Positions 35,994 to 45,685 of a DNA stretch of 64,000 nt are shown here, one piece after another (the stretch's first letter is position 1; every line of letters begins with the position of its first letter). A program made the position numbers and the translations under genes. The notes beneath the pieces were generated by a model that ran no database searches, had not been told where the DNA came from, and was given only the letters and a program-made list of their open reading frames with translations. The DNA is from a virus: positions 1 to 64,000 of IMG/VR virus record IMGVR_UViG_3300009103_000012; one strand, 5' to 3'.

Positions 35994-36518
35994 CTAAATG
36001 TTAATTCCTAAAAATATTTTAATCTTTTTGATCTGATTGTTCAAATCCATATCATCAGTTTCTAAAATAAAGCATTCACAGGCTGTCGTTTCTACAAAGG
36101 CTCTATACAGCTTATCAAGCTTTTCCAGCATTTCTTTCGGCAGGTCATTAGGGTATTGATCATCAATGAGCCCCGAATAATCTTGTCGTAAACAAATAAT
36201 AAATTTACCCGCTGCCTCGGAAAAATTCACGTCCATCCAAGATATCGCAGACATATCTGTCTCTCTTTCAAACGCTTCTGCGTATACAAGTTCGCAAGGG
36301 TAAAAGCGATCAAGGATAACTTTCGCGTCGGTTTGCCTCATAAAGTCCATAAGAAATGGACCACCATAACGTAAAAGATTGAGAAAATAATCGGGTCTAT
36401 CTAACTCCGTTTCCCACTCTCCAGAATTCTTAAATACAGGAATTCCGGTCTGTCGAGACAACTCAGCAGCAATATTGGATTTTCCGGTCATATCAGGACC
36501 GATGAACGCAATTTTCAT
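35994..36518 (-). CDS. dNMP kinase (thymidylate-kinase-like)
   Basis: GPDMTGKS Walker A, ILDRF. Confidence 0.8.
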   Translation of the reverse strand: MKIAFIGPDMTGKSNIAAELSRQTGIPVFKNSGEWETELDRPDYFLNLLRYGGPFLMDFMRQTDAKVILDRFYPCELVYAEAFERETDMSAISWMDVNFSEAAGKFIICLRQDYSGLIDDQYPNDLPKEMLEKLDKLYRAFVETTACECFILETDDMDLNNQIKKIKIFLGINI

Positions 36519-37570
36519 ACCCGATAATCCCCCAGGATGTGCTCGAGAAGATCAGTCCTATATTCAGGCCTTGGATCGATTACAGTCCTCAGAGCTTCCT
36601 CCTGGGCGTCGACAAGCGCCTTCCTCTCATTCGCAGATAAAGTCGCAATCCACTTCACTTTCTTAACAACATCCTCTGTTGTTTCAACAAGCAATGACTT
36701 GTCGGCTAATCCAACAGGTACAGCATGCTGAAACTCAATTGGAACCAAAGCTGGTACGTTACTCTTAATCGCTTCAAAGAAGCGACCCGTAATATTTCCA
36801 TAGGGAGTATAAGCCGGCTTCGTAATATGAGTCACAGTAATGGAAGAGTTTAGAACACCAAAAATATCCTTGTAGGCTAGACGAGGTCCAAATGCAACAT
36901 TCGGTGTCTGCGCAAGCAGCTCCGCTGGGTCTATTCGCTCAGGTGATTTGTTCAGCCAATTTCCGTAAATCATTGTCTGGACACCTTGCTCGCGCAACGC
37001 AGCGCTTGGGCCAGTGTAATACTTCGCAAAAGGCTGCTCACGTTCGTAGTTGTTACCAACGTATGTATAATTGTAAGAATACTCAATGGGCTCAAAATAT
37101 CGCTTCATGTAATTGCACCAGGGGATTGTAATCCGCTTTCGTGTTTGGTGCTGGGGTGCTACACATGCATCAGCAAGAATTGCATTCGGCCAACGATTCT
37201 CTTCTTGCGGTGTCATTTTAAGATCACCGTCTACAATCACTATGGGGATTCCTTGCTCATGGTAATAGTCAAGAACCTGACATTGACGCTGATAGTCAGA
37301 CTCTTCTGGATTTTCGCCGCTGTTCTTCCACGTAGGCCATCTCCATTCTACATAAAGAATATCGCCATCAGGGAAGCCGGTGTCATCATACTCTACACCA
37401 GGGTATTGTTCATCATCCCTCATTTTCTGAAGCTGGATTGGTGTATGGCCACGCTTAAGTAATTCATTGACCCAATCTACACGGTTTCCACGCTCTCCAT
37501 CTGGTGTGTTAACAATGCTATTCTTTTCAAGGGGTGTAATAAACCCCCAAAAACTATACAAAACCCTCAT
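36515..37570 (-). CDS. GT-B glycosyltransferase resembling T4 DNA beta-glucosyltransferase
   Basis: 351 aa; YVGN, YGN, NITGRFFEAIKSNVPALVPIEF and ERKALVDAQEEAL align by eye with recalled T4 BGT segments IYGGS, FFGN, FITLRVWETMASDAVMLIDEEF and LRKEMLSIQHDIL. Confidence 0.75.
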   Translation of the reverse strand: MRVLYSFWGFITPLEKNSIVNTPDGERGNRVDWVNELLKRGHTPIQLQKMRDDEQYPGVEYDDTGFPDGDILYVEWRWPTWKNSGENPEESDYQRQCQVLDYYHEQGIPIVIVDGDLKMTPQEENRWPNAILADACVAPQHQTRKRITIPWCNYMKRYFEPIEYSYNYTYVGNNYEREQPFAKYYTGPSAALREQGVQTMIYGNWLNKSPERIDPAELLAQTPNVAFGPRLAYKDIFGVLNSSITVTHITKPAYTPYGNITGRFFEAIKSNVPALVPIEFQHAVPVGLADKSLLVETTEDVVKKVKWIATLSANERKALVDAQEEALRTVIDPRPEYRTDLLEHILGDYRV

Positions 37571-37585
37571 TTTTTCTCCTTAATA

Positions 37586-38716
37586 TTAACCATTATATGT
37601 CGGGGTGTTACGTTTTTCAAGCTCACGTTTAGCTTTTACAAGTGCTGAACCGATAACTTGATGCATATCGTAGTATTTATACTCCGCCAATCTCCCACCA
37701 AAAATAACTCCCGATTCTTCATGAGCCATAGCAGCATACTTCTTATACATCGATGTATTCTTCTCATTATTGATAGGGTAATAAGGCGTCTTACCGCGCT
37801 TATACTCATCAGAATACTCACGTGTGATTATCGTATTTGGAATCTTGTTGGCTGTCTCTGGTAAAAAGTGTTTATGCTCAACAATCCGAGTATATGGAAT
37901 TTCAGGATGAGTGTAGTTTATGACCGCATTTCCCTGGAAATCTCCCTCAAGCTCCTCATGCTCAAAGCGAAGTGTCCTATATTCTAGCTCGCCAAACTGA
38001 TATCCGAAATACTCATCAATCTTACCAGTGAATACAACTTTGTCAGCAAGGCTGTTCAACTCATCTTTATTCATAAAATAATCAACACCTGTCCGGACCT
38101 CAATTCCTTCCAGCATATTCGCAACCATTTGTGTGTATCCCTCCTTGGGGATCCCCTGATACTTGTCGAAGAAATAGTTTTCTTCAAAAACCATACGAAT
38201 AGGAAGCCGTTTAATGATGGAGGCGGGTAGCTCTCTTGGGTCACGCTGCCATTGCTTCATCGTGTAACCCTTGATAAAAGTCTCATAGACCTCACGCCCC
38301 ACTTGGGAAAGAATCCAGTCTTCAAGATTATCAGGGTTCTCACATGGGATTCGAACTTCTTCTAGCTTTGCTTCTGCTTCGGCCGGAGTCATGACTCCCC
38401 ACAACTGATGGAGCGTCATCAAATTAATAGGAAACGAGAAAATACGGTCATTATAGCGGATCTTTGGCTTGTTAATATAATTGTTAAAAGTCGCAAATCG
38501 ATTAACATAATCCCAAATACGATCATTGCTCGTATGAAAAATATGCGCCCCATACACGTGGACATCTACCCCATTTCGCTTTTCTGAATAAACGTTTCCA
38601 GCGATGTGGTTTCGTTTGTCTATTACAAGACATCGATATCCTGCATCTGTCATTTCTCTGGCAAATGTAGACCCAAATATTCCTGAACCGACAATTAGAT
38701 AATCGTACTTACTCAC
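37586..38716 (-). CDS. glf: UDP-galactopyranose mutase
   Basis: IVGSGIFG, HIAGNVY, YGAHIFHT, YQGIP, YTRIVEHKHF, PYYP, GRLAEYKYYDMHQ. Confidence 0.95.
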   Translation of the reverse strand: MSKYDYLIVGSGIFGSTFAREMTDAGYRCLVIDKRNHIAGNVYSEKRNGVDVHVYGAHIFHTSNDRIWDYVNRFATFNNYINKPKIRYNDRIFSFPINLMTLHQLWGVMTPAEAEAKLEEVRIPCENPDNLEDWILSQVGREVYETFIKGYTMKQWQRDPRELPASIIKRLPIRMVFEENYFFDKYQGIPKEGYTQMVANMLEGIEVRTGVDYFMNKDELNSLADKVVFTGKIDEYFGYQFGELEYRTLRFEHEELEGDFQGNAVINYTHPEIPYTRIVEHKHFLPETANKIPNTIITREYSDEYKRGKTPYYPINNEKNTSMYKKYAAMAHEESGVIFGGRLAEYKYYDMHQVIGSALVKAKRELEKRNTPTYNG

Positions 38717-39744
38717 TTTGCACCCCTTGTATTAAATCGATAACCTTCAAATTTCAAATTTTCCAACATTTTTCTTGCTTCACTTCTTGTCGAGATTTTT
38801 CTTATTCTATCAGCAGCTAACACTACCGCAAAATCATGCCAGGTCAATGCGTCATTAGTGGGATATGCAAACACACGACGAAACGCTTGGTGGATAGCTT
38901 CTACCGAAGTGGCGATAGAGATGTCTTTTTCGACCTCCATCATCTTTTCTATCCAATAAGAAAGTTCATCACTTGAAGCACATCCTAACGGTGGCATCTG
39001 TCCATACCTTTTCCATAGCTCAAACTGTGATCTATTAACATTTGATGTCTGTAGAATTCTCTCTGCCATCTCAAAGTGGCGCTCATATATGTGTAATGAA
39101 TTGCTGGTATGAGTGTAGGTTCCCAACCCAACGCCAAGTTCATTAGCAAGTAATTCTTGAAATAGCGTAAATGCTGGAATATCATATGCAATACCGAATA
39201 TCACATCTGAACTTCTCATATTCACAACCTGATGAAGTTTGCCGTCTCTAATAAAAAATTGAAGTGCCAATGTACAAGGAACGTCTAGCTTTGCGTCAAT
39301 ACTATCATCAGGCACCCTAAGATGCATTACCGCTCGACGGGAATCTGGGTCTCTAGTAAGCTCATCAATAATATACTCCCATTGATTGAACCTCCCCTGA
39401 GCAATCTTGGGGTGTCGTTGAAATAGTCTTGCGCCATAAGCAGAGTTTGCTGTTACTCCATCATCTGAAATATTTCTCCAAAAGTTTGAATATTTCGATA
39501 TCCACGCTGTCTCATTATTTCCAGAAAGATACCACACAAGCTCAGCAACCATATAAGAAATACTAAACTTTCGTCCTGCAACGTATGGAATTCTGTCTCT
39601 GGGATTTAAGATCGTAAATGAAGCGCCAAGTATTTCCTTGACTCTTTGCCCACGAGGGGCTGCTTCAAATGTTGGACTTTCGTAAACATTTCGAACTAGC
39701 GAAATGTAGCAGTGCGTAAATGATTGATAGGTTCCAATATGCAT
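38713..39744 (-). CDS. Thymidylate-synthase-fold enzyme with dCMP-type Asp (dCMP hydroxymethylase-like)
   Basis: DSRRA, DVPC, MRSSDVIFGIAYD (Asp where ThyA has Asn), SLHIYERH. Confidence 0.8.
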   Translation of the reverse strand: MHIGTYQSFTHCYISLVRNVYESPTFEAAPRGQRVKEILGASFTILNPRDRIPYVAGRKFSISYMVAELVWYLSGNNETAWISKYSNFWRNISDDGVTANSAYGARLFQRHPKIAQGRFNQWEYIIDELTRDPDSRRAVMHLRVPDDSIDAKLDVPCTLALQFFIRDGKLHQVVNMRSSDVIFGIAYDIPAFTLFQELLANELGVGLGTYTHTSNSLHIYERHFEMAERILQTSNVNRSQFELWKRYGQMPPLGCASSDELSYWIEKMMEVEKDISIATSVEAIHQAFRRVFAYPTNDALTWHDFAVVLAADRIRKISTRSEARKMLENLKFEGYRFNTRGAK

Positions 39745-39797
39745 GTTACAAATTTACTCCAATTAGGTTTAGATGTAGACTTTTTGTACCAAGCTAA

Positions 39798-42700
39798 TCA
39801 TATACGAAGAAGCTTGACTTTACTCATAGAAGTTTGGTATCCGAAGTCATTTTTCTTCACTTCTGCGCAACACAAACTGTAAAGTGGGAGATCTGTCTCG
39901 CCATCCCAACCCCAACAAAACATTCGAAAGTTTTTACCCTCCAGCCCAGTCGCGGTGACCAAAAGATATGGACGCTTGTTTTTTGTGAGCTTAGGCTTAA
40001 TGTCAGACACGAGGAACCAATACACATCATGACCCCTGGTATCGATTTCATCAATACACGCGATGTCTTTCTTTGCCAAGCGCTCCTGAACTTCTTCGCT
40101 AATAAGAGTTGATGCGTTAAAAGACCCAAAATGCTTTACACTATTTTCTACCATCTCCCTGCGAGACCAATGGCCCGATCCTTGCGTCTCAAGTAGGGCC
40201 TCCTTGAAGTTATTTCTGCCACGTTCTGGATCACGCTTTGTCCACTTCTTGATGTCGTTCTGTCGTCCGATAACGACTTCATGCATGTGCTTATAGCTCT
40301 CGAACGTCTTACCGGGGCCGACTAGATCCATAGATTCGAAGCCGCGGATTTTGATCAAAGCCTCAAGAGCGCGCTTGTTGAACTTAGAATGTTTCCACTT
40401 TCCATCATCGGTCCATAGAAGATCATCGATGCCTTGATATGGTCGATTTGCAACTAGCTCATCGATTGCAGACTCGCCAATACCCTTACAAGATAAGAGC
40501 GAAGGCATGAACTTTTTACCCTCAAGGATTGTCCACTTCTTTGTGGCATAATTGATATCTAGAGGCGCAACGCGATATCCTAAAGCCTTAACCTCAGCAA
40601 AAGCCTTTGCTCGCTTCTTGTCGTTACCTGACATCGCCTCAAGATAAGCACACAGCCATTCTTCTTCAAAATATGTCAAGAGCCAAGCGCAGTAATACGA
40701 GTCAATCGCGTAACATACTGCGTGAGACTTATTGAAGCCATAACCTGCAAAGAACAAAATCTTTTCGTATAAGTCATCAGCCAATTGTCGATCTACTCCA
40801 TTCTTCACAGAGCCTGCAACAAACTGCTCCTTGATCGATCTAGCTTTGGCAAGACTCTCTGCTGCTTCTGACGCTTTCCGCTTCATAATACTCCGACGTA
40901 CGGTGTCTGTTTCTTCTTCGGGGAAACCCGCCACCACAGAGCAAAGCTTCATGATTTGCTCCTGAAAGACAATTAGACCGTAGGTTTCTTCAAGAACTTC
41001 CTTGATTAACGGATGGCCATAATCGATCTTCTCAGGGTTGTTCTTGGCCTTGATATACAATCTATCGACCTTCGCCGTGAGTGGGCCTGGACGATAGATG
41101 GAAGTCAGCGTAGCAATATCAACGATGCTCTTAGGCTTCGCCTTTTTGAACAAGTTCTGAGCACCACGGCCGGCCAGCTGAAAGATGCCAGCCCAGCGGC
41201 CTTTTCCGTAAACGTGATCGTATACGTGCTGATCGTCCATGTCAAGTACTTTCGGGTCCATATTGGCGTTAAACCATTCATACACCTGAGCGAATGTTGG
41301 GTCTTCGATACCCTCCTTTCGCTGTAGGATGAGCTCGATGGTACGCTGGATAATTCGAAGCGTTTCAAGACCAAGTAGATCAAACTTAATCCAGCCGAAA
41401 GTCTCAAGATGCTTATAGTTCATGCCCTCAGCCCACGGGGTCTGTAGCTCACCACGTGCCTTGATAAGCGGCATCCTTTCCGCAATATCCTCTGCAACGA
41501 TACAACCACCAGCATGGCGACCTAAGGCCTTGTTCTGCTTGAACAGAACCTGGATTGGAGCAGCAACTTCTGGATGAGCCTCGATGAATGCTCTGAACGT
41601 CTTCGAGTGAGCTAGCGCATCTTCGTAAAGCAGCACAAATAGATTCTTATCAGTACCCTGCTTGAATACTGCGCGCTTTACATCTTCTTCGACCGGCGCT
41701 AGCGCCTTATTCACTTCGTTAAATGGAATACCATAAAATCGTGAAATATCTTTGACAAGAGACTTAAGCTTGAATGTATTGTAATTAGAGATCGGGACAA
41801 TATTCTCATCGCCCCACTTGTCTTTCATCATATTGATGAGTAGGTCTCGGTCGCCAACATCAGTATCGATGTCTGGTGCACCTTCACGAGAAGGATTCAA
41901 GAAGCGACCGAACATAAGATCATATTCAAATGGGTCAACGTCTGTTAGCTTAAGAACATAAGCAACAAGACTACCAGCAGCTGAGCCGCGACCGGGACCA
42001 ACAAGCATGGCTTGTTTGGCAATCTTAATAATCGCTTCCATTGTCAAAAAGTATCGAGAGAAATTCTTGTCTTTAATAATCTTCAACTCATGCTTTATTC
42101 GCTCGATATATTTTGGGTCACCCGCCAATCCTCGCTCAACAAGACCCTTTTTACATGCCTCAAGCAGAGCCTTATCGTCTGTCATACCCTCAGGTACAAC
42201 ATAAGAAGGAAGTTTCATCGTCCTATCAGGTGCAATTGTGCTGATCTCTTCATGGACAATCTGATGAGGTCGCTCAATAGCATTCTTCACAATCTGGTCA
42301 TCATAAAATGACATACCATCTGCACTTTCTAGATATGTATCCCACAATTGCTGAGCATTCTTAGGGTATAACTCACACTTCAAGTCCTCTTTAGTTTGGG
42401 GTAGTTTTGACGGATCAAACTCACGATAATTTAGCCAGCCAAGCTTCTTGTAAAGTTCACGCTCACGCCAATGCTCTGGTCGAGCGTAATGAGAGTCAGT
42501 CGTTACAACTAATTTATCTTGTAAGCTATTTTTATTCGCGAACTCGATGATTGCTCGATTAACAAGGTGCTGGGCAGGGAGCTTATTGAATTGAAGCTCT
42601 AGATGAACATCATTAATTCCAACGGCGTCTACCAAACCTTGGTAAGCGTTACCCACGCCAGTCATTACACTACGGTGAAAAGACGGATCATCCATCAGTT

Positions 42701-43418
42701 TATAGCTAAGATCATCAAACTCAACGTTCTGAGCATGCCGAAAGACCTCATAAGCAATTGGTCCGCCAATACAAGCGGTAGAAACCATCAGGTGGCCACC
42801 CTCGGCGGCCTCCCTTAACATCTTATAGTCGATTCGTGGAAACCTATAGAAACCCTCTCTATACCCCCTACTCACAAGATGGAACAAGCGCTGGAGACCT
42901 ACGCTTGTCTTAGGAAGAACGACCAAGTGATGGCGTCTCTTAATCGGATCATAGAATTTTGAAGACTTTGTTTCTTCTTCATTTTCAATAGTGAGGCCGG
43001 CATCTTCTTTGCCGATATCTACAATCTCATCATCCCCATCCACTATTGCAGTTAGAGGTGTAGCGATTGCTTCTCTCTGCTCACGAAGTCGAAGCAAAGC
43101 CTCTTTATCACCCTTCTTCGCAGCTTGCCGAATCTCCATATCAAGCTTCCATGCTTCAAGGTCAGGATGTACATACATCTCACAGCCTGGAACGAACTTA
43201 AATTTACCGCCGCGCTTTTGTACTTTTTCAGCATGAAGGAATGCATGGCCAAAAGAATTCATGTGACCATGATTGGTGAGACACCAACCATCCATGCCGT
43301 TTTCGATTATAAAATCAATATGTTCTTGAGGATACCCAAGGCCATCGAATGTACTAAACCCATCATGTGAATGAAGGGAAATAAACTTACTAGGGGGAGT
43401 AAGCAAAGTCTTTCTCAT
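39798..43418 (-). CDS. dnaE: DNA polymerase III alpha subunit
   Basis: PHP domain LHSH..STFDG and TNHG; GPGRGSAAGS, PDIDTD, HAGG, KFDLLGL, YGFNKSHA. Confidence 0.95.
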   Translation of the reverse strand: MRKTLLTPPSKFISLHSHDGFSTFDGLGYPQEHIDFIIENGMDGWCLTNHGHMNSFGHAFLHAEKVQKRGGKFKFVPGCEMYVHPDLEAWKLDMEIRQAAKKGDKEALLRLREQREAIATPLTAIVDGDDEIVDIGKEDAGLTIENEEETKSSKFYDPIKRRHHLVVLPKTSVGLQRLFHLVSRGYREGFYRFPRIDYKMLREAAEGGHLMVSTACIGGPIAYEVFRHAQNVEFDDLSYKLMDDPSFHRSVMTGVGNAYQGLVDAVGINDVHLELQFNKLPAQHLVNRAIIEFANKNSLQDKLVVTTDSHYARPEHWRERELYKKLGWLNYREFDPSKLPQTKEDLKCELYPKNAQQLWDTYLESADGMSFYDDQIVKNAIERPHQIVHEEISTIAPDRTMKLPSYVVPEGMTDDKALLEACKKGLVERGLAGDPKYIERIKHELKIIKDKNFSRYFLTMEAIIKIAKQAMLVGPGRGSAAGSLVAYVLKLTDVDPFEYDLMFGRFLNPSREGAPDIDTDVGDRDLLINMMKDKWGDENIVPISNYNTFKLKSLVKDISRFYGIPFNEVNKALAPVEEDVKRAVFKQGTDKNLFVLLYEDALAHSKTFRAFIEAHPEVAAPIQVLFKQNKALGRHAGGCIVAEDIAERMPLIKARGELQTPWAEGMNYKHLETFGWIKFDLLGLETLRIIQRTIELILQRKEGIEDPTFAQVYEWFNANMDPKVLDMDDQHVYDHVYGKGRWAGIFQLAGRGAQNLFKKAKPKSIVDIATLTSIYRPGPLTAKVDRLYIKAKNNPEKIDYGHPLIKEVLEETYGLIVFQEQIMKLCSVVAGFPEEETDTVRRSIMKRKASEAAESLAKARSIKEQFVAGSVKNGVDRQLADDLYEKILFFAGYGFNKSHAVCYAIDSYYCAWLLTYFEEEWLCAYLEAMSGNDKKRAKAFAEVKALGYRVAPLDINYATKKWTILEGKKFMPSLLSCKGIGESAIDELVANRPYQGIDDLLWTDDGKWKHSKFNKRALEALIKIRGFESMDLVGPGKTFESYKHMHEVVIGRQNDIKKWTKRDPERGRNNFKEALLETQGSGHWSRREMVENSVKHFGSFNASTLISEEVQERLAKKDIACIDEIDTRGHDVYWFLVSDIKPKLTKNKRPYLLVTATGLEGKNFRMFCWGWDGETDLPLYSLCCAEVKKNDFGYQTSMSKVKLLRI

Positions 43419-43452
43419 ATTATCTCCAGATTAGATTATTCTAAAAGAGATG

Positions 43453-43659
43453 CTAGCGGTTTTCAACACTTGGATGACTTAATTTCTCTAAAGATCGAGT
43501 CTCAACGTATACCAAGTGATTTGAAATTAAAAGGCTGGTTGTTTCGTCTGTTATCTCCACAACTAAACCAGAGTCTCCCGGGTGGAGGACGTAGCTATAA
43601 AACTCATCATCAACTCCCACATGTTCGTCCATCAAGACAGCGATATCACCAACTTTCAC
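43453..43659 (-). CDS. Small SH3-like hypothetical protein
   Basis: KVGDIAVL..GLVVEI. Confidence 0.55.
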   Translation of the reverse strand: MKVGDIAVLMDEHVGVDDEFYSYVLHPGDSGLVVEITDETTSLLISNHLVYVETRSLEKLSHPSVENR

Positions 43660-44357
43660 TATTGCCTTCCGTAATCCGAAAGTAATTGCGATATCTGCTT
43701 CTGCGTCAAAGAAAATCCTCTAGATGATAAAATCGCCTCTAACAACTGACACCTTAGTGGCGGGGAATCTAATGACTCGCCCCACTGCCACTCGTCAGTA
43801 CATTCTATCTTATGAATATCTTGCCGGCAGGAATGAATCTTTGCCTTTAGAAGTGGTATTAAAGCCTCGTCCTCTAATCCGGCATCAATGCTCAACTCAA
43901 CTGCGACACCGACGAGGTCATCAAATTTACCTTCTTCCAAGGCTCTACTAGCACGTAAGAAACTCTTCTGAAGATTTTCTCTTAAATCATCATCACTAAT
44001 TCTGTCGGGATGGGTCATAAGTGCAATCTTTTTGAATAATTTTCGAGCCCACTCAGGTGCTTCTGATTTTTTACTAGATTCAGGATCATCTTCGCTAAAC
44101 CATTTTTCGCTTTGTTCTCTAAATTCTTGGTCTTCTTTTGCTACTTCAAAGACAGCATCTTTTTGTTCATCCTCCTGTTCATCTTTTTTACCTGTAACTT
44201 CTCTAGCTCTGTGAGTAAAAAATTCTAAATCACGAGAATATTCCGCTTTGTAATCATCGAATAGTTCTGATATCTGAGAATAATAATGCTGGAGCATTTG
44301 TAACTCTGATTGGAGAATTCGAATCTTTCTACGAGTTATTCTGGAGGGAATTTGCAT
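43659..44357 (-). CDS. J-domain-containing protein
   Basis: RKLFKKIALMTHPDR. Confidence 0.7.
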   Translation of the reverse strand: MQIPSRITRRKIRILQSELQMLQHYYSQISELFDDYKAEYSRDLEFFTHRAREVTGKKDEQEDEQKDAVFEVAKEDQEFREQSEKWFSEDDPESSKKSEAPEWARKLFKKIALMTHPDRISDDDLRENLQKSFLRASRALEEGKFDDLVGVAVELSIDAGLEDEALIPLLKAKIHSCRQDIHKIECTDEWQWGESLDSPPLRCQLLEAILSSRGFSLTQKQISQLLSDYGRQ

Positions 44358-44368
44358 AGTAAGTCTAA

Positions 44369-44743
44369 CTATGCATTAAGACGCTCCGTTATAATGTTGT
44401 GTTTCCTTACATAAGCACTAAAAAATTCATCGCAATCAACCCCAGAAAGTACAATTATCGCAAGAAAATAATTGAATGCATCAATCATTTCTTCTAGAAA
44501 TTCTTCCCTATCAAACTCAGGAACGCCATAAGTCTCTTCACGATGGTCTTTCCAATTCTTTAAATGAAGCAAAGCTTCAAAAAGCTCTTCCATACCTCGA
44601 AAAGCAAATTCACGAATTGCTTGTTGGTTTTTTTTCTTGCTTAAATCAACCGGCCAATCAGGATATGCACCTTCAATCTTTTCGTTAATACGATACATAA
44701 ACTCTTCACGGAGGCCAAATATCTTTGCTAAACGATCAGACAA
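44369..44743 (-). CDS. All-alpha NTP pyrophosphatase (dimeric dUTPase / T4 gp56-like dCTPase)
   Basis: EELFEAL..NWK...EEMIDAFNY; TTG start. Confidence 0.75.
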   Translation of the reverse strand: MSDRLAKIFGLREEFMYRINEKIEGAYPDWPVDLSKKKNQQAIREFAFRGMEELFEALLHLKNWKDHREETYGVPEFDREEFLEEMIDAFNYFLAIIVLSGVDCDEFFSAYVRKHNIITERLNA

Positions 44744-44744
44744 T

Positions 44745-44975
44745 TTACTCTTCCTCCGCTGCCTCTTCATTTTGAGTAGCAATTTCAGTAATCATGGCTT
44801 GAATGTTTGCATTAAAAGCTTCATGATAATCAGGTGAAAGATCAAGTTGCCCATTGGTAGTAACAAACTCTGCCATTCGAAGATTATCAACAATATCTGT
44901 CCCGGTTAGAATTGCAACCTGAACGATTTGCGCAATATGAGCGATTGCATTATCACTTAATTTTGACGTTTCCAT
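44745..44975 (-). CDS. Hypothetical protein
   Basis: ORF track; GGGAG RBS. Confidence 0.65.
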   Translation of the reverse strand: METSKLSDNAIAHIAQIVQVAILTGTDIVDNLRMAEFVTTNGQLDLSPDYHEAFNANIQAMITEIATQNEEAAEEE

Positions 44976-45013
44976 TTTTTCTCCCTTAGTTTGAAAGCTG
45001 GATCAACATAATG

Positions 45014-45043
45014 ATTATAGTCATTTCAACAAAGGGTGTACAC
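45014..45043 (-). promoter_or_regulatory. Sigma70-like promoter GTGTAC-N18-TATAAT
   Basis: Intergenic; perfect -10. Confidence 0.55.
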
Positions 45044-45055
45044 GCTAATTGTGTG

Positions 45056-45409
45056 CTACATAAATTTCATTGCCCAAGCAAAGAATGCCATGCCAAACTG
45101 AACAACAGCAAATATCGTGATTGCTTTTGTCTTGAACATCTTGAGGTCTTCAACATCTTTCACCATCGTCTGCATCTGAGATGGTGATGCGACCTCATCA
45201 ACTTTTTCTTTCCACGATCGGAGCTCGTCAACACGATCTTCGCGCTCTCTCATTCTAGCAATTTCTTGCTTAAGCTCTTGAATCTCTGTATTTAGAGCTG
45301 TAATGCTTGTCGCAAGTGTTTCTAGCTCTTTCAGGACCAATCGTGAGTATTCGCTCCATCCGTTTTCTTCAGCCATCGTTATCTCCAGTTGTGGTGTCTG
45401 GTAAAGCAC
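45056..45409 (-). CDS. Coiled-coil protein with C-terminal TM (likely start MAEENG)
   Basis: ORF track. Confidence 0.65.
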   Translation of the reverse strand: MLYQTPQLEITMAEENGWSEYSRLVLKELETLATSITALNTEIQELKQEIARMREREDRVDELRSWKEKVDEVASPSQMQTMVKDVEDLKMFKTKAITIFAVVQFGMAFFAWAMKFM

Positions 45410-45635
45410 AAACGCGATCTAGAATGTGCTCTACTTTTTCTTTGCACCACTCTGGTGTAACACTAGAATCACTTTCGCTCAACTTGAGGTGCATATCTTG
45501 CAATTCATTAATTACAAAATCTCTTACTTCAAAAGCAGAAGACCACTCTGAAGTTTGGTTGCAAAGCTGATCTCTTAAAGAGCGTAACTTCTTCACACGA
45601 GACTGAAATGTTTCACACTTTGAGTCATCACTCAT
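45369..45635 (-). CDS. Hypothetical protein
   Basis: ORF track; GGAG RBS. Confidence 0.6.
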   Translation of the reverse strand: MSDDSKCETFQSRVKKLRSLRDQLCNQTSEWSSAFEVRDFVINELQDMHLKLSESDSSVTPEWCKEKVEHILDRVCALPDTTTGDNDG

Positions 45636-45685
45636 ACAAACTCCAAAAACGTAGCTAAAACAACGAACCGCTTTCTTAAGTATGC

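Noticed and set aside
34973-38716. Host-like LPS/capsule or virion-protein glycosylation cluster
   Set aside because: Not excluded but disfavoured: glf lies between a dCMP-type TS homolog and a BGT-like enzyme, and no flippase, polymerase or additional glycosyltransferases are present.
38713-39744. Ordinary thymidylate synthase ThyA
   Set aside because: It has Asp at the dUMP-specificity Asn position, ThyX is present, and it sits with a BGT-like transferase and a kinase.
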